64,000 nt of DNA, taken from contig JBGAON010000005.1 in the NCBI GenBank assembly GCA_044221725.1, forward strand, positions 256,001 to 320,000, given 5' to 3'. Position numbers and translations under genes: made by a program. The stretch comes from Elusimicrobiota bacterium (GTDB taxonomy: Bacteria > Elusimicrobiota > Elusimicrobia > F11). This document shows, piece by piece, positions 38,853 through 48,706 of the stretch (position 1 is the first letter of the stretch; each line of letters begins with the position of its first letter). The notes beneath the pieces were generated by a model. That model worked only from the letters and a program-made list of their open reading frames with translations, was not told the DNA's origin and ran no database searches.

Positions 38853-39507
38853 GGCTCATTTCATTGATAAGTGCATGTTTAAATTGTGATGTATGGAAAC
38901 CGGAAGTGCCATGCAGGGTTCCCTGATAGAGTACGGCTTCTTTTGTGATACGCAAGGCGCCACCAATAATTTTTTTCTCGCCGATCATGACGTCGTTGCA
39001 GACCGGTTCTTCAAAGCAAACGGAAAAAGTTTTTCGGGGGGTAATATTTTGAGCGCAGCGTTCGGTGGAGGCAGAGTGAAGAGAAAGAACGCCTCGCCCC
39101 GCACCGCGAAGCGCGTTCAACAAGATGGCATGAATTTCCGCGTAGCATTCGCGCGGACGGTTCGAGAAAATCTTTGACGCGCGCGACCACAAGAACGAGA
39201 AGCTTAAATCGTGTTCCGAGTGCAACACGGCTCCGCCGCCGGTGGGACGCTTAGCGCGGTCGATGGTCGAGAGGCTTTGGTCCATAGATGAAATCCATTC
39301 TTCCACTTGCTGTTCGTTCAGAAGATAGCCGTAAGTGACCGTTGGGCGAATCCATTGGAAGAAGCGTAGCGTCGGGGAGGATAAGCCGGATTGCGCCGCC
39401 GCGAGCGCAGCGCGGTCGATTTCCATGTTGACGGTGCCCTCGAGAGGGCCACAGTCAACGACGTTCCACGTGCGTTCGATTGTCTGTTGAGAATTGAAGG
39501 GGTTCAT
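38842..39507 (-). CDS. Lipoate-protein ligase A/LipM-family protein
   Basis: NMEID, RPTGGGAVLH, CF......D....KKIIG.A. Confidence 0.88.
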   Translation of the reverse strand: MNPFNSQQTIERTWNVVDCGPLEGTVNMEIDRAALAAAQSGLSSPTLRFFQWIRPTVTYGYLLNEQQVEEWISSMDQSLSTIDRAKRPTGGGAVLHSEHDLSFSFLWSRASKIFSNRPRECYAEIHAILLNALRGAGRGVLSLHSASTERCAQNITPRKTFSVCFEEPVCNDVMIGEKKIIGGALRITKEAVLYQGTLHGTSGFHTSQFKHALINEMSHGR

Positions 39508-40969
39508 CCCATCCGTTCCATTTGAGCACCGGCTCGCGTGCGGCTTTCACTTCGTCGAGGCGCCGGACCGGTGTCGTGTGGGGAGCTGTTTTCACGAGCT
39601 CTGGGGTTGTTTTGATCTCCGCGAAGATTTTTTCGATTGTTGAGCAGAATTCGTCCAATGTTTCCGGCGTTTCGGTTTCGGTCGGCTCGATCATGAGCGC
39701 CTCGGGTACGATGAGCGGGAAATAAATAGTGGGCGCATAATACCCATAGTCGAGCAATCGTTTTGCCAGATCCAGAGTCTTCACGCCGTGCTCCTGGAGC
39801 GTTACGCCGGAAAACACCGCTTCGTGCATGCACGGCTCCGAAAGCACGGCTTTAAACATTTTTGAAAGTCTCACGCGGATGTAGTTCGCGTTTAGAATCG
39901 CGCGGCGGCTCATTTCTTTCACGCCGTCTTCGCCCATCGCGAGCATGTAGGTGTACGCACGAATGAGAATGCCTGTGTTGCCAAAGAAACTGCGCAGTTG
40001 ACCGATGGATTGGGGAAACTGATGTTTCGAATCCTGCAGATGATACATGCCGTCCTTCTTTATAACGCGCGGCACCGGTAAGAACGGCTCCAATTCCTTC
40101 TTGACGCCGACGGGCCCCGCGCCCGGACCACCGCCACCGTGGGGCGTCGAGAACGTTTTGTGCAAATTGATGTGGCAAATGTCGAAGCCAAGGTCTCCCG
40201 GTCGAATTAGTCCTGCCAGCGCGTTGAAGTTGGCGCCGTCCAAATAAACCAGCGCGCCTTTCGCGTGCGCCTCGCGTGTGAGCGCTTCGGTTTCTTCTTC
40301 AAACAGGCCGAGCGTGTTCGGAAGCGTCATCATGATGAGCGCCACGTCTTCGTTCAATTTCGAGCGGAAATCCGTCATGTCGATGTGACCGTTTGGCTGT
40401 GATTTCACTTGCACCACATTCAAACCGGCGAGCGCGGCGCTGGCCGGGTTTGTGCCGTGCGCCGAATCCGGAACAAGAACCGTCGATTTCTTGTGGCCTT
40501 TCGAGCGGTGATACGCTTGCGCGATGAGAATGCCGGTAAATTCGCCGTGCGCACCGGCGGCCGGGTGCAGCGTGAACGCGTCCATGCCGGCCATTTTGCA
40601 CAGCCACTGTTCCAAATTGTGCAGCAATTCGAGTGTTCCTTGGCTCACCGTGTCGGGCGCGAGCGGATGGTTCAAGCGAAACCCCGGAAGCCCGGCAACC
40701 AATTCGTTGGTCTTCGGGTTGTATTTCATCGTGCAACTTCCGAGCGGATAAAAGTTCGCATCGATCGAGAAATTGAGATGCGAAAGACGCGTGAAATGCC
40801 GCACAATCTGAAATTCCGTCACTTCTGGCAGGTGCGGTTTCTTCTTTCGCAACAAATGGGAGGGGATCAATTTCTCAATTGGCTGGGACACCGGCGACGC
40901 CGGAATGCGCGCCGCGCGCCGCCCTTTCACGGATTCATCGATGAGCAGAGATTCTTGTTGTTGATTCAT
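39455..40969 (-). CDS. gcvPB: Glycine dehydrogenase subunit 2
   Basis: PLGSCTMKYNP, SAHGTNPAS, NLHKTF..PHGGGGPG. Confidence 0.97.
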   Translation of the reverse strand: MNQQQESLLIDESVKGRRAARIPASPVSQPIEKLIPSHLLRKKKPHLPEVTEFQIVRHFTRLSHLNFSIDANFYPLGSCTMKYNPKTNELVAGLPGFRLNHPLAPDTVSQGTLELLHNLEQWLCKMAGMDAFTLHPAAGAHGEFTGILIAQAYHRSKGHKKSTVLVPDSAHGTNPASAALAGLNVVQVKSQPNGHIDMTDFRSKLNEDVALIMMTLPNTLGLFEEETEALTREAHAKGALVYLDGANFNALAGLIRPGDLGFDICHINLHKTFSTPHGGGGPGAGPVGVKKELEPFLPVPRVIKKDGMYHLQDSKHQFPQSIGQLRSFFGNTGILIRAYTYMLAMGEDGVKEMSRRAILNANYIRVRLSKMFKAVLSEPCMHEAVFSGVTLQEHGVKTLDLAKRLLDYGYYAPTIYFPLIVPEALMIEPTETETPETLDEFCSTIEKIFAEIKTTPELVKTAPHTTPVRRLDEVKAAREPVLKWNGWDEPLQFSTDNRTHVERR

Positions 40970-41028
40970 AGGTGTTTGTTGTCGCTCCTGCCTTTGCGGG
41001 GGCGGCGTTTGGGTAACTCCTTAATAAA

Positions 41029-42366
41029 TTATTTAAAGCTCCGAAGAACACTCACGAGCCGATCGATATCTTCTTTCGATTTTTTCTCGGTTACATTAAT
41101 CAACAAATGATGCTCGAGCTTTGGATAGAAATTTTTGAGCGGCAGACCGACAAGGACGCCGAGATCCAACAGTTTCTTTTGAAGTGTTTCGACATCGAAC
41201 GGTGTCTCGAGCACAAACTCGTTGAAAAAGGGCGCCGCGAATCGAAGTTTGAATCCGGGAATGCGGGTGAGCTGATCGGCAGCGTAATGCGCGAGTTGCA
41301 AATTCAATTCGCCGAGTTCGCGCAAACCATCCGGGCCCAGCATCGCCGTGTGAACCGTGAACGCGGTCGCGCACAAGTTTTGGTTGGTGCAAATATTCGA
41401 ATTGGCTTTTTCGCGGCGGATGTGCTGTTCGCGCGCTTGCAGCGTGAGCACATAGCCGGTTTTCCCATCCACATCCACGGTTTTTCCGCAAATGCGACCG
41501 GGCATTTTGCGCATCAGCTCCTGTTTGCACGCGAAAAGACCAACGTAAGGTCCGCCAAACGAAACCGGCAGTCCGAGTGGCTGGCCATCGCCGACCGCTA
41601 TATCAGCGCCGAACTCACCCGGAGGCGCGATGACGCCCAGCGAAAGTGGGTTTGATGAAGCAATGACGAGAGCGCCGGCCGCGTGGGCTTTCGCGGCGAT
41701 GGACGCGCTGTCCTCAATACAGCCAAAGAAATTTGGTGTTTGTATGACCACGCCGGCCACATTGCCCGCGTTCTGTTTGATTTTTGCGTCAAGATCGTTT
41801 GGATCAATGGTTCCTTCCGGGCACGCGACCGTTACAAGGCGGTAGGGCGTGTTTTCGACGAAATACGTTTCGAGCGTGCGGCGCGAATGCGGGTGGAGCG
41901 CGTCCGGAATCAGCAAAACGGTTCGCTCGGTGTGGCGGAAAGCGACCAGCGCTGCTTCGGCGAGCGCGGTAGCTCCGTCATAAAGCGATGCGTTCGCGAT
42001 GTCCATTCCGAAAATTTCGGCGACCATACTTTGAAATTCAAAAATAACTTGGAGTGTGCCTTGGCTCGCCTCGGGTTGATACGGCGTGTAGGCGGTCGCA
42101 AATTCTCCGCGCGATGTGATCGCACCGACGACGGCCGGAACAAAATGATCGTACGCTCCGGCGCCGAGAAAGCTTAGCAGCTGCGAATTTTTGTTCGACA
42201 GTTCGGTGAGCGTGCGCGTGAGCGCCATTTCGGACATTTCATTCGGAAGTCCGAGGCCCGGGTTAACGTATTTTTTTGGAAGCCGTCCGATCAGTTCGTC
42301 GAACGACGCGACGCCAATGGCGTCGAGCAATTTCTTTTCGTCGGCAGCGGCGTTCGGATGAAACAT
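41029..42366 (-). CDS. gcvPA: Glycine dehydrogenase subunit 1
   Basis: AYTPYQPEASQG, NASLYDG, REQHIRREKA.SNICTN. Confidence 0.97.
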   Translation of the reverse strand: MFHPNAAADEKKLLDAIGVASFDELIGRLPKKYVNPGLGLPNEMSEMALTRTLTELSNKNSQLLSFLGAGAYDHFVPAVVGAITSRGEFATAYTPYQPEASQGTLQVIFEFQSMVAEIFGMDIANASLYDGATALAEAALVAFRHTERTVLLIPDALHPHSRRTLETYFVENTPYRLVTVACPEGTIDPNDLDAKIKQNAGNVAGVVIQTPNFFGCIEDSASIAAKAHAAGALVIASSNPLSLGVIAPPGEFGADIAVGDGQPLGLPVSFGGPYVGLFACKQELMRKMPGRICGKTVDVDGKTGYVLTLQAREQHIRREKANSNICTNQNLCATAFTVHTAMLGPDGLRELGELNLQLAHYAADQLTRIPGFKLRFAAPFFNEFVLETPFDVETLQKKLLDLGVLVGLPLKNFYPKLEHHLLINVTEKKSKEDIDRLVSVLRSFK

Positions 42367-42369
42367 CGA

Positions 42370-42747
42370 TTAATGTTCGTCGCCGAGCGAGCTTTGATAC
42401 GCGGTGTGGGACATGAGATTCGTTTCTTCGTCGGGATTCTTTTTATCGATCGAGAAAAGCCAACCGTTCCCGTAAGGGGATTGGTTCACGAGCGCCGGAT
42501 TCTTCGAAACGTCAGAATTCACTTTGGAAATTTTTCCGGATACCGGCGCATAGATGTCGAACGCGGCTTTTACCGATTCGACAACGGCCACCGCTTCACC
42601 GGCTTTTACTTCTTTGCCCACTTTGGGCAGGTCGACAAACACGACGTCGGTAATTTCCTTCTGCGCATGGTCGGATATGCCAACCGTCCCATCGGTCGCC
42701 AACCATTCGTGGGACTTCGTAAATTTCAGTTCATCGGGGTTTTTCAT
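42370..42747 (-). CDS. gcvH: Glycine cleavage system H protein
   Basis: HEW, VESVKAA (lipoyl lysine), PYGNGW. Confidence 0.97.
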   Translation of the reverse strand: MKNPDELKFTKSHEWLATDGTVGISDHAQKEITDVVFVDLPKVGKEVKAGEAVAVVESVKAAFDIYAPVSGKISKVNSDVSKNPALVNQSPYGNGWLFSIDKKNPDEETNLMSHTAYQSSLGDEH

Positions 42748-42754
42748 ATGTCTC

Positions 42755-43852
42755 CTAATTATTCTGAGGCACGGTTTCAGATTTCTTATAAAACGGCATC
42801 TTCACTATCTTCGCTTGTAGCTCACGGGTTCCTTGGCGAATTGTTAACGCCTCGCCTTCGCGCGCGATTGTGTTCGGAACATAGGCCATTCCAATCGCAT
42901 AACCGAGCGTGGGTGCAAAGGTCCCGCTGGCGACGGGGCCAATCTCTTTTCCATTGTGAATGAGCGTGCCGCCGTTGCGCGCAACACCGCCCGCTTCCAC
43001 TTTAAAGCCAATGAGCTGATTCGGAATTCCGGATTTTTTCTGCTGCACCAGCGCGCTGTGACCGACGAAGGTCCCTTTATCCAATTTCACTACCCAGTTC
43101 AAGCCCGCCTCGAAAGGAGTGTGGTTTTCGTCGAGCTCATGACCGTAAAGGGGATAGGCCACCTCGGTGCGCAGCGTGTCGCGCGCGCCCAATCCGCACG
43201 GAACAAGTCCGAATTCGGGTCCTACTTGGAATATTTGATCCCAAACCATCAGCAAGTGGCCGGCCGGTGCAAAAAATTCGAAACCATCCTCTCCCGTGTA
43301 ACCGGTGCGCGCCACGTGTACCGAGAGATCCCCAATTTCAAATTCGTTGATGCCGAAGCGTGGAAGATTAGCAATTGCCGGGTTGAGCTTCGCCACAATG
43401 TCTTTCGCGCGTGGGCCCTGCAACGCGAACGCTGCCGCGTAGGGCGCTTCGATAATGTTTGCATCAAACTTTTCGCGGTGACCATTTATCCACGCAAGGT
43501 CGGCTTCGCGGCGGGACGCGTTCACGATGACGAGAAATTTGTCGTCTTCGAGACGGTAAACGAATATATCGTCGATCACGCCGCCTTTTTCGTTTAACAG
43601 ATGCGCGTAAATACCTTTTCCTATCGTGGCACGGTTCAAGTCGTTCGTGATGAGATATTGCAGGAAGTCGAAGGCTTGCGGGCCCCACACGAACACTTGG
43701 CCCATGTGGGAAATATCGAAGATTCCGGCAGCGGAGCGCACGGCCGTGTGTTCGAGCGTGATCGTTGAATACTGCACCGGCAGTTCCCAGCCGTAAAAGT
43801 CGACGATTTTACCGCCGAGCGCGATGTGTTTATCGAAAAATGGAGTTTTCAT
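42755..43852 (-). CDS. gcvT: Aminomethyltransferase (T protein)
   Basis: [27 protein letters not shown]. Confidence 0.97.
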   Translation of the reverse strand: MKTPFFDKHIALGGKIVDFYGWELPVQYSTITLEHTAVRSAAGIFDISHMGQVFVWGPQAFDFLQYLITNDLNRATIGKGIYAHLLNEKGGVIDDIFVYRLEDDKFLVIVNASRREADLAWINGHREKFDANIIEAPYAAAFALQGPRAKDIVAKLNPAIANLPRFGINEFEIGDLSVHVARTGYTGEDGFEFFAPAGHLLMVWDQIFQVGPEFGLVPCGLGARDTLRTEVAYPLYGHELDENHTPFEAGLNWVVKLDKGTFVGHSALVQQKKSGIPNQLIGFKVEAGGVARNGGTLIHNGKEIGPVASGTFAPTLGYAIGMAYVPNTIAREGEALTIRQGTRELQAKIVKMPFYKKSETVPQNN

Positions 43853-43863
43853 GGCTATAAGCT

Positions 43864-44781
43864 CTAAGCTGTAGGCTTTAAGCGCGGCTTACGGCTTACA
43901 GCGATTTGTTCGTCGGCATGATAGGAGCTACGTACAAGCGGTCCCGCGGCAACGTCAACGAAGCCGCATTGTAAAGCTTCTTGTCGCAGTTGGTCAAATT
44001 CCTCGGGCGTGTAAAACCGGTCGATGGGTAGATGGCGTGGCGACGGTGCCAAATATTGTCCGAGCGTCAGCATTTTGCAGCCGACGGCCACCAAATCGCG
44101 AAAAGTTTCGACGAGCTCGGTTGTCGTTTCGCCGTGGCCCACCATAACGCCGGATTTCGCTACGAGCCCTGCGTCGTTGGCGCGTTTGAGCACGCTGAGC
44201 GTACGATCGTAAGTTGCTTTGCTGCGAACCTTGGGCGTTAAGCGCCGCACCGTTTCAATATTGTGATTGAAAATATCGGGATGGCTTTCGAAAACCGTTT
44301 TTAAACAATCGTCTTTGCCGCGGAAATCTGGTGTTAGGATTTCAACGGTCACGTGCGGCAATTCTTTGCGAAACAACTTCACAACGGCGGCGAACTGACC
44401 GGCGCCGTCGTCTTGCAAATCATCGCGTGCCGGAGAGGTGATCACCACGTGTTTGAGTTGCAGTTTGCGCGTTGCGTCCACAATGCGTTGCGGCTCTGCC
44501 TCATCAACGAGGCCGAACGGTCTTCCAAAGGTTTCCGCGCAGAAACCGCACGAGCGCGTGCAAATCCGCCCAAGGATTTGGAACGTGAGCGTTCCGCGGG
44601 CGTAACAATGCGTCCGGTTGGGGCATTTCGCCTCTTCACAAACGGTGTTCAGTTTAAATTCTCGGATCGAGTCCTGCACCGCAACAAACGCTGGTCCCTG
44701 CGGCACCGTCTGCTTCAAATACGACGGTAACCGCGGTCGAAACGACCGATTGTCAACTTTGATGGGGATTAAGGCGGGCAT
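43864..44781 (-). CDS. lipA: Lipoyl synthase
   Basis: CEEAKCPNRTHC, CTRSCGFC, RSSYHA. Confidence 0.96.
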   Translation of the reverse strand: MPALIPIKVDNRSFRPRLPSYLKQTVPQGPAFVAVQDSIREFKLNTVCEEAKCPNRTHCYARGTLTFQILGRICTRSCGFCAETFGRPFGLVDEAEPQRIVDATRKLQLKHVVITSPARDDLQDDGAGQFAAVVKLFRKELPHVTVEILTPDFRGKDDCLKTVFESHPDIFNHNIETVRRLTPKVRSKATYDRTLSVLKRANDAGLVAKSGVMVGHGETTTELVETFRDLVAVGCKMLTLGQYLAPSPRHLPIDRFYTPEEFDQLRQEALQCGFVDVAAGPLVRSSYHADEQIAVSRKPRLKPTA

Positions 44782-44785
44782 GAAT

Positions 44786-46111
44786 TTAACGTTTGGTGGC
44801 GTCTTTAATGGTTTCGGCGAGTGTGGGATGCGCGAACATTACAGTCGAGAGATCTTTTAGCGTCATCTGCGCTTTTAGCGCCACGGAAATAATGTGGATA
44901 AGCTCGGTCGCGTGAGCACCGATAATTTGCGCGCCCAAGATTTTCCCCGAGTCCGGCTCGCTAATAATCTGCACAAATCCTTCGGATTCTTTGGCCGCGA
45001 GTGCTTTGGAGGAGCCTTTAAAAAAGGCACGGGTCGCTTTCACCGGTTTGTCCGCTTGTTCGAGCTGATAGCGCCATTGTCCAACGCTGGCCACTTCGGG
45101 CCAACTGTACAAGCAGCGCGGCACAAACCGATCGTCAAAGCGTTCATTGCCGCCGAGCGCGTTGGCGGCGGCCACTTCGCCTTGCGCGGCGGCCGCGTGC
45201 GCGAGACGGGTTGTTGCGGCATCGCCCGCCGCAAAGATTTTCGGATTTGTGGTTTGCAGGCGCTCGTTCAACACGAGCGAACCTTTTTCGGTGCGGACGC
45301 CCGCGGCCTCGAGGTTCAAGCCTTCAAAGGACGGTGTTCGCCCGACGCACACCAGCACTTCCTCGGCCACGAGAATCGTTCCACCCGATAGCGCGAGTTG
45401 CCAGCCGTCTTTGTTCTTCTCGATCGCTACCACTTTGTTGCCGGTCAAAACTTTGATGTCGCGTTCCTCGAACGCGCGTTGGAGCGCGGCCGAAATAGCA
45501 GGGTCTTCGCCGGGCAACAAGTTTTCTTTAAGTTCGATCAACGTGACTTCGCTGCGGGCGGCATTCATGAGGCACGCAAATTCGCAGCCCACGGCGCCGC
45601 CACCGATAATCGCAATACTCCGCGGCGTTCGATCGATGTTTAAAACCTTATCGCTGTCCCATAGAAATTCGCGAAATTGATCAAGCGGCGGAGGAAAAAA
45701 TGATTTCGTGCCGGTCGCGAGGATGGCCTGATCAAAACCAATTGTTTGAACGCCGTTTTTCGTTTCGACTTCAACGGAGGATGGCCAATTAAAGCGGGCG
45801 GTGCCGCGGATCAAATTAATTTTTAGGGATTTGAGCGACGCTTCCAGCTGCGAGCGAATTCCGGACACCACCTCCGCTTTGTACGGTTGAGCCTTTGCAA
45901 AATTAATTGGCAAGTCGCACTTCCAGCGTTTGTGAGCTTCCTCGAGCAACGTTTTTGATGGAATGCACCCTTTGTTCAGGCACAGGCCGCCCGCTTCTTC
46001 TTTCTCGATCAGTGTGATGTCGACCGGTGTGTTTGACGCGGCGCTCAGGCGTCGCGCGGCTTTTGCGGCCGCTTCGCCCGCCGGTCCGGCCCCAATAATA
46101 AGGAGGTTCAT
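44786..46111 (-). CDS. lpdA: Dihydrolipoamide dehydrogenase (L protein)
   Basis: GAGPAG, GGLCLNKGCIPSK, HPTLAE. Confidence 0.92.
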   Translation of the reverse strand: MNLLIIGAGPAGEAAAKAARRLSAASNTPVDITLIEKEEAGGLCLNKGCIPSKTLLEEAHKRWKCDLPINFAKAQPYKAEVVSGIRSQLEASLKSLKINLIRGTARFNWPSSVEVETKNGVQTIGFDQAILATGTKSFFPPPLDQFREFLWDSDKVLNIDRTPRSIAIIGGGAVGCEFACLMNAARSEVTLIELKENLLPGEDPAISAALQRAFEERDIKVLTGNKVVAIEKNKDGWQLALSGGTILVAEEVLVCVGRTPSFEGLNLEAAGVRTEKGSLVLNERLQTTNPKIFAAGDAATTRLAHAAAAQGEVAAANALGGNERFDDRFVPRCLYSWPEVASVGQWRYQLEQADKPVKATRAFFKGSSKALAAKESEGFVQIISEPDSGKILGAQIIGAHATELIHIISVALKAQMTLKDLSTVMFAHPTLAETIKDATKR

Positions 46112-46158
46112 AGCGGCGCAGTGTAATAAATAACCTCGCGGAGCGTCCGTCGTTTCTA

Positions 46159-46188
46159 TTGACGGTGATTTGGGCGGTCTGTTAAGCT
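46159..46188 (+). promoter_or_regulatory. Putative sigma70 promoter for a (near-)leaderless ferredoxin mRNA
   Basis: TTGACG-18-TAAGCT (preceded by TG) ends 6 nt before the ATG. No strong Shine-Dalgarno. Confidence 0.5.
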
Positions 46189-46194
46189 CGGGGC

Positions 46195-46470
46195 ATGTCC
46201 AATACGGTAAAAATTAACGACGCCGAGAAACCCACGTCACCCACCGGCAAAAAGCCATCGCCGCGCGTGGCGTTTGTTAATTTCGATCAATGCACCGGCT
46301 GCGAAGCGTGCATTGCGGTCGCGCCGTGGGACAACTGCCTCCTCCGCCAAAGTGACCTGCCCGAAACGTCCCACGTAAAAACAAACAACGAGGCCTGCAC
46401 CGGTTGCACGCTTTGCATGAAGATTTGTCCGTGGGATGCCATTACGATGGTTCCGCGGCCTTCGGCCTAA
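46195..46470 (+). CDS. 2x[4Fe-4S]-type ferredoxin
   Basis: CTGCEAC and CTGCTLCMKICP motifs. Confidence 0.88.
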   Translation: MSNTVKINDAEKPTSPTGKKPSPRVAFVNFDQCTGCEACIAVAPWDNCLLRQSDLPETSHVKTNNEACTGCTLCMKICPWDAITMVPRPSA

Positions 46471-46627
46471 GATTTTTTCGCGTCCTATTTCCCGCCGAAT
46501 TAGCCTCCACTAAAGTCCGTCCCCAAAAACTCGATTCGCCCGACGGAAAACGCCAACGTCGTCGATAAAATGCAACACGTTTGACAGTTCGTTGGTGAGC
46601 TTTTCTGCCCAAAACCAACCGATTTTA

Positions 46628-46645
46628 TGGCTTGCCCAACGGGGT
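46628..46645 (-). other. Candidate att core resembling a tRNA 3' end
   Basis: The minus strand reads accccgttgggcaagCCA (T-stem 3' strand, acceptor strand, discriminator G, CCA). The rest of a tRNA is absent. Confidence 0.45.
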
Positions 46646-46702
46646 CTGATTCAAATGCCGCATGTGGGCGAATGTGGGTCATTGTTGCTCTTGTGAGACA
46701 AG

Positions 46703-46787
46703 GTGTATGGCAGTTTGTATGGCATTGCTCTGGAATCTGCCATCAAAAGTGTATGGCAATTCGGATTTGTTGGCAGAGGTGATGGCA
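46703..46787. repeat. Cluster of TGGCA-core short repeats (candidate integrase arm sites)
   Basis: gtgtatggca 46703, ttgtatggca 46715, inverted tgccatca 46738, gtgtatggca 46749, tgttggca 46768, gtgatggca 46779. Confidence 0.65.
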
Positions 46788-46888
46788 ATCTGAGCCAGGT
46801 TGTGATTGCCGAGGTGCGAGTGAGTGTTTCCATCGAATGGCCCGGACTATATTCGGCGAATGGGTTGTCGTGCTAGAATGCGGTTCTA

Positions 46889-47707
46889 ATGTTGCCCAAT
46901 CCCCTCTATGCTAAAGAGTCCAGCGAATTCTGGGCTCTCGTCAGATCTTCTTCTGAGAAGTTCGGCTATTCGAAACGGAAAGATAATCTATTGAAGCGAT
47001 TTTCAATTGAGGACCTCGATGTTTTTAAAGAGCGTTTTCCCATCGATTCCAAACTATGCAAAACGGTTGTAGATTATTTGAACTTTCGAGCTGAAGTGTT
47101 GGAGAAAAAGGTGCTCCCCAATCTGATGGATCGGCTTGAAGCTAAGAAAGAGTTTGAGAAATTATTGGGCAAGTATAAGCCCAAATTTCCTTTGGTGATG
47201 AATAAACAGAAGGGAGAGAAGCGTCATTACAATTATCTTTCCTGCATGGTGAATATTATCGCTGAAAAGCTCTTAGCTGATAAACCCTGCAACTTTAGCC
47301 CACGAGGGTTGTGTGTTCTGACCGACAAAGAAGGAAGACCAATTAAGGTTTTATCTCGATGGTTGGATGGCGCGTATCCAGACGTCATAAATCCAGTAGC
47401 TATTTGGGAGATCAAGGAATATTACGGAACAACCACATTTGGAAGTCGCGTTGCGGATGGTGTTTATGAAACCCAGTTGGACGGATATGAGATCAATGAG
47501 GCTGAAAAAATATCCAACAAACGGATAAAACATTATTTATTCGTCGATGATCGGCGAACTTGGTGGGACATGGGAAAATCATATCTTTGTCGTATGATCG
47601 ACATGTTGCACATGGGTTTTGTTGACGAAATAATTTTTGGAAGGGAAGTGGTTACTCGTTGGCCCGAAATTGTCCGATCTTGGGATTGCGAATCACCAAG
47701 TAAGTAA
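46889..47707 (+). CDS. Putative type II restriction endonuclease (PD-(D/E)XK)
   Basis: LDGAYP...WEIKEY motif, low GC, adjacent to a DNA methyltransferase. Confidence 0.65.
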   Translation: MLPNPLYAKESSEFWALVRSSSEKFGYSKRKDNLLKRFSIEDLDVFKERFPIDSKLCKTVVDYLNFRAEVLEKKVLPNLMDRLEAKKEFEKLLGKYKPKFPLVMNKQKGEKRHYNYLSCMVNIIAEKLLADKPCNFSPRGLCVLTDKEGRPIKVLSRWLDGAYPDVINPVAIWEIKEYYGTTTFGSRVADGVYETQLDGYEINEAEKISNKRIKHYLFVDDRRTWWDMGKSYLCRMIDMLHMGFVDEIIFGREVVTRWPEIVRSWDCESPSK

Positions 47708-48547
47708 CAACCTTTCTTTTACATCTTCGCCGATCATTACCTCGCCGCCATTCTGAAATCTTTTTAGCATCGAACTGCTTCCTCCAATCAAGATTTCTCG
47801 TTCGAATAGGCCCTCTGGAATGCCCAAGTTAATTACTTTCTTCCCTGATTTTTTGTGCCCGTCAATTGAGAGGGCCACCTTTGCACCGCGATCCTTGCAA
47901 TCAATAATTGACTCAATAAGATCGGGAAGTTTAAACGATTGAGCGCCGTAAAGTATTGCCTGTGAATCCACATAAGGAGGGTCGCAGTAAATCAGGTCGC
48001 CTGATTTTGCCATGTTCATTGTTTCGGTAAATGGCTGATTAATAAAACGTGTGAACTGAACACGTTCTTGCCATTCAAAAGCTCTTTGCGCAAATGATTC
48101 CGGGGGAATAGGTTTATGAGGGCCCACCGGAGTGCTGATGGTTCCTTGTTTTGTGAATCGAATCACGCCCCCGTAACACGTTCTGCTGATAATCAGTAGG
48201 TCGCAGGGGTTGGGATTGGCATTGTATCGAGCCAAGGTCTCACGATAAATTACTTCCTTGTTTTCCAGTAGTTTCGGAATTACATCAGAATAATAATTGA
48301 TTAATGTCTCCGGCTCCCTTTGGATGAGTTGCCAGAGGTCAATCAATGGCGACAGCGTATCGCCTGCGATTGCTTTATCTGGTGAGAGTGTTGCCAGAAT
48401 TGCGCCAGTCCCAATAAATGGCTCTATGAATGTTTCGTATGAGTCTGGGAAATGAGAAACGATTTCGTGCGCGTATTTGTATTTGCTGCCAATCCATTTT
48501 AGAAGTTGTCCATTCGGCTTGCTTGGGACGAATACTGCTGGTGTCAT
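47693..48547 (-). CDS. Dam/D12-class N6-adenine DNA methyltransferase
   Basis: KWIGSK, EPFIGTGA, YCDPPY. Confidence 0.92.
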   Translation of the reverse strand: MTPAVFVPSKPNGQLLKWIGSKYKYAHEIVSHFPDSYETFIEPFIGTGAILATLSPDKAIAGDTLSPLIDLWQLIQREPETLINYYSDVIPKLLENKEVIYRETLARYNANPNPCDLLIISRTCYGGVIRFTKQGTISTPVGPHKPIPPESFAQRAFEWQERVQFTRFINQPFTETMNMAKSGDLIYCDPPYVDSQAILYGAQSFKLPDLIESIIDCKDRGAKVALSIDGHKKSGKKVINLGIPEGLFEREILIGGSSSMLKRFQNGGEVMIGEDVKERLLLTW

Positions 48548-48706
48548 AGGGAATCCTTATTAAAGTCAGAGGAGGGTTTGACCGAGTACGAGGGGTTTGA
48601 AGGGAGAACCAGACGATGATGAACACTATCACCGTTGATTGGGAATGAAATTAACAATATTCGTTGCATGCGTCAATTATAAACGTTCCTTCTGGCAAAT
48701 TGAAAA

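Noticed and set aside
43853..43870. Glycine riboswitch upstream of gcvT
   Set aside because: There are only 11 nt between lipA and gcvT, and no aptamer-like sequence upstream of lpdA either.
46480..46700. Complete tRNA gene at the element boundary
   Set aside because: Only a 3'-end-like 18-mer is present; there is no TTCGA T-loop, anticodon arm or D arm.
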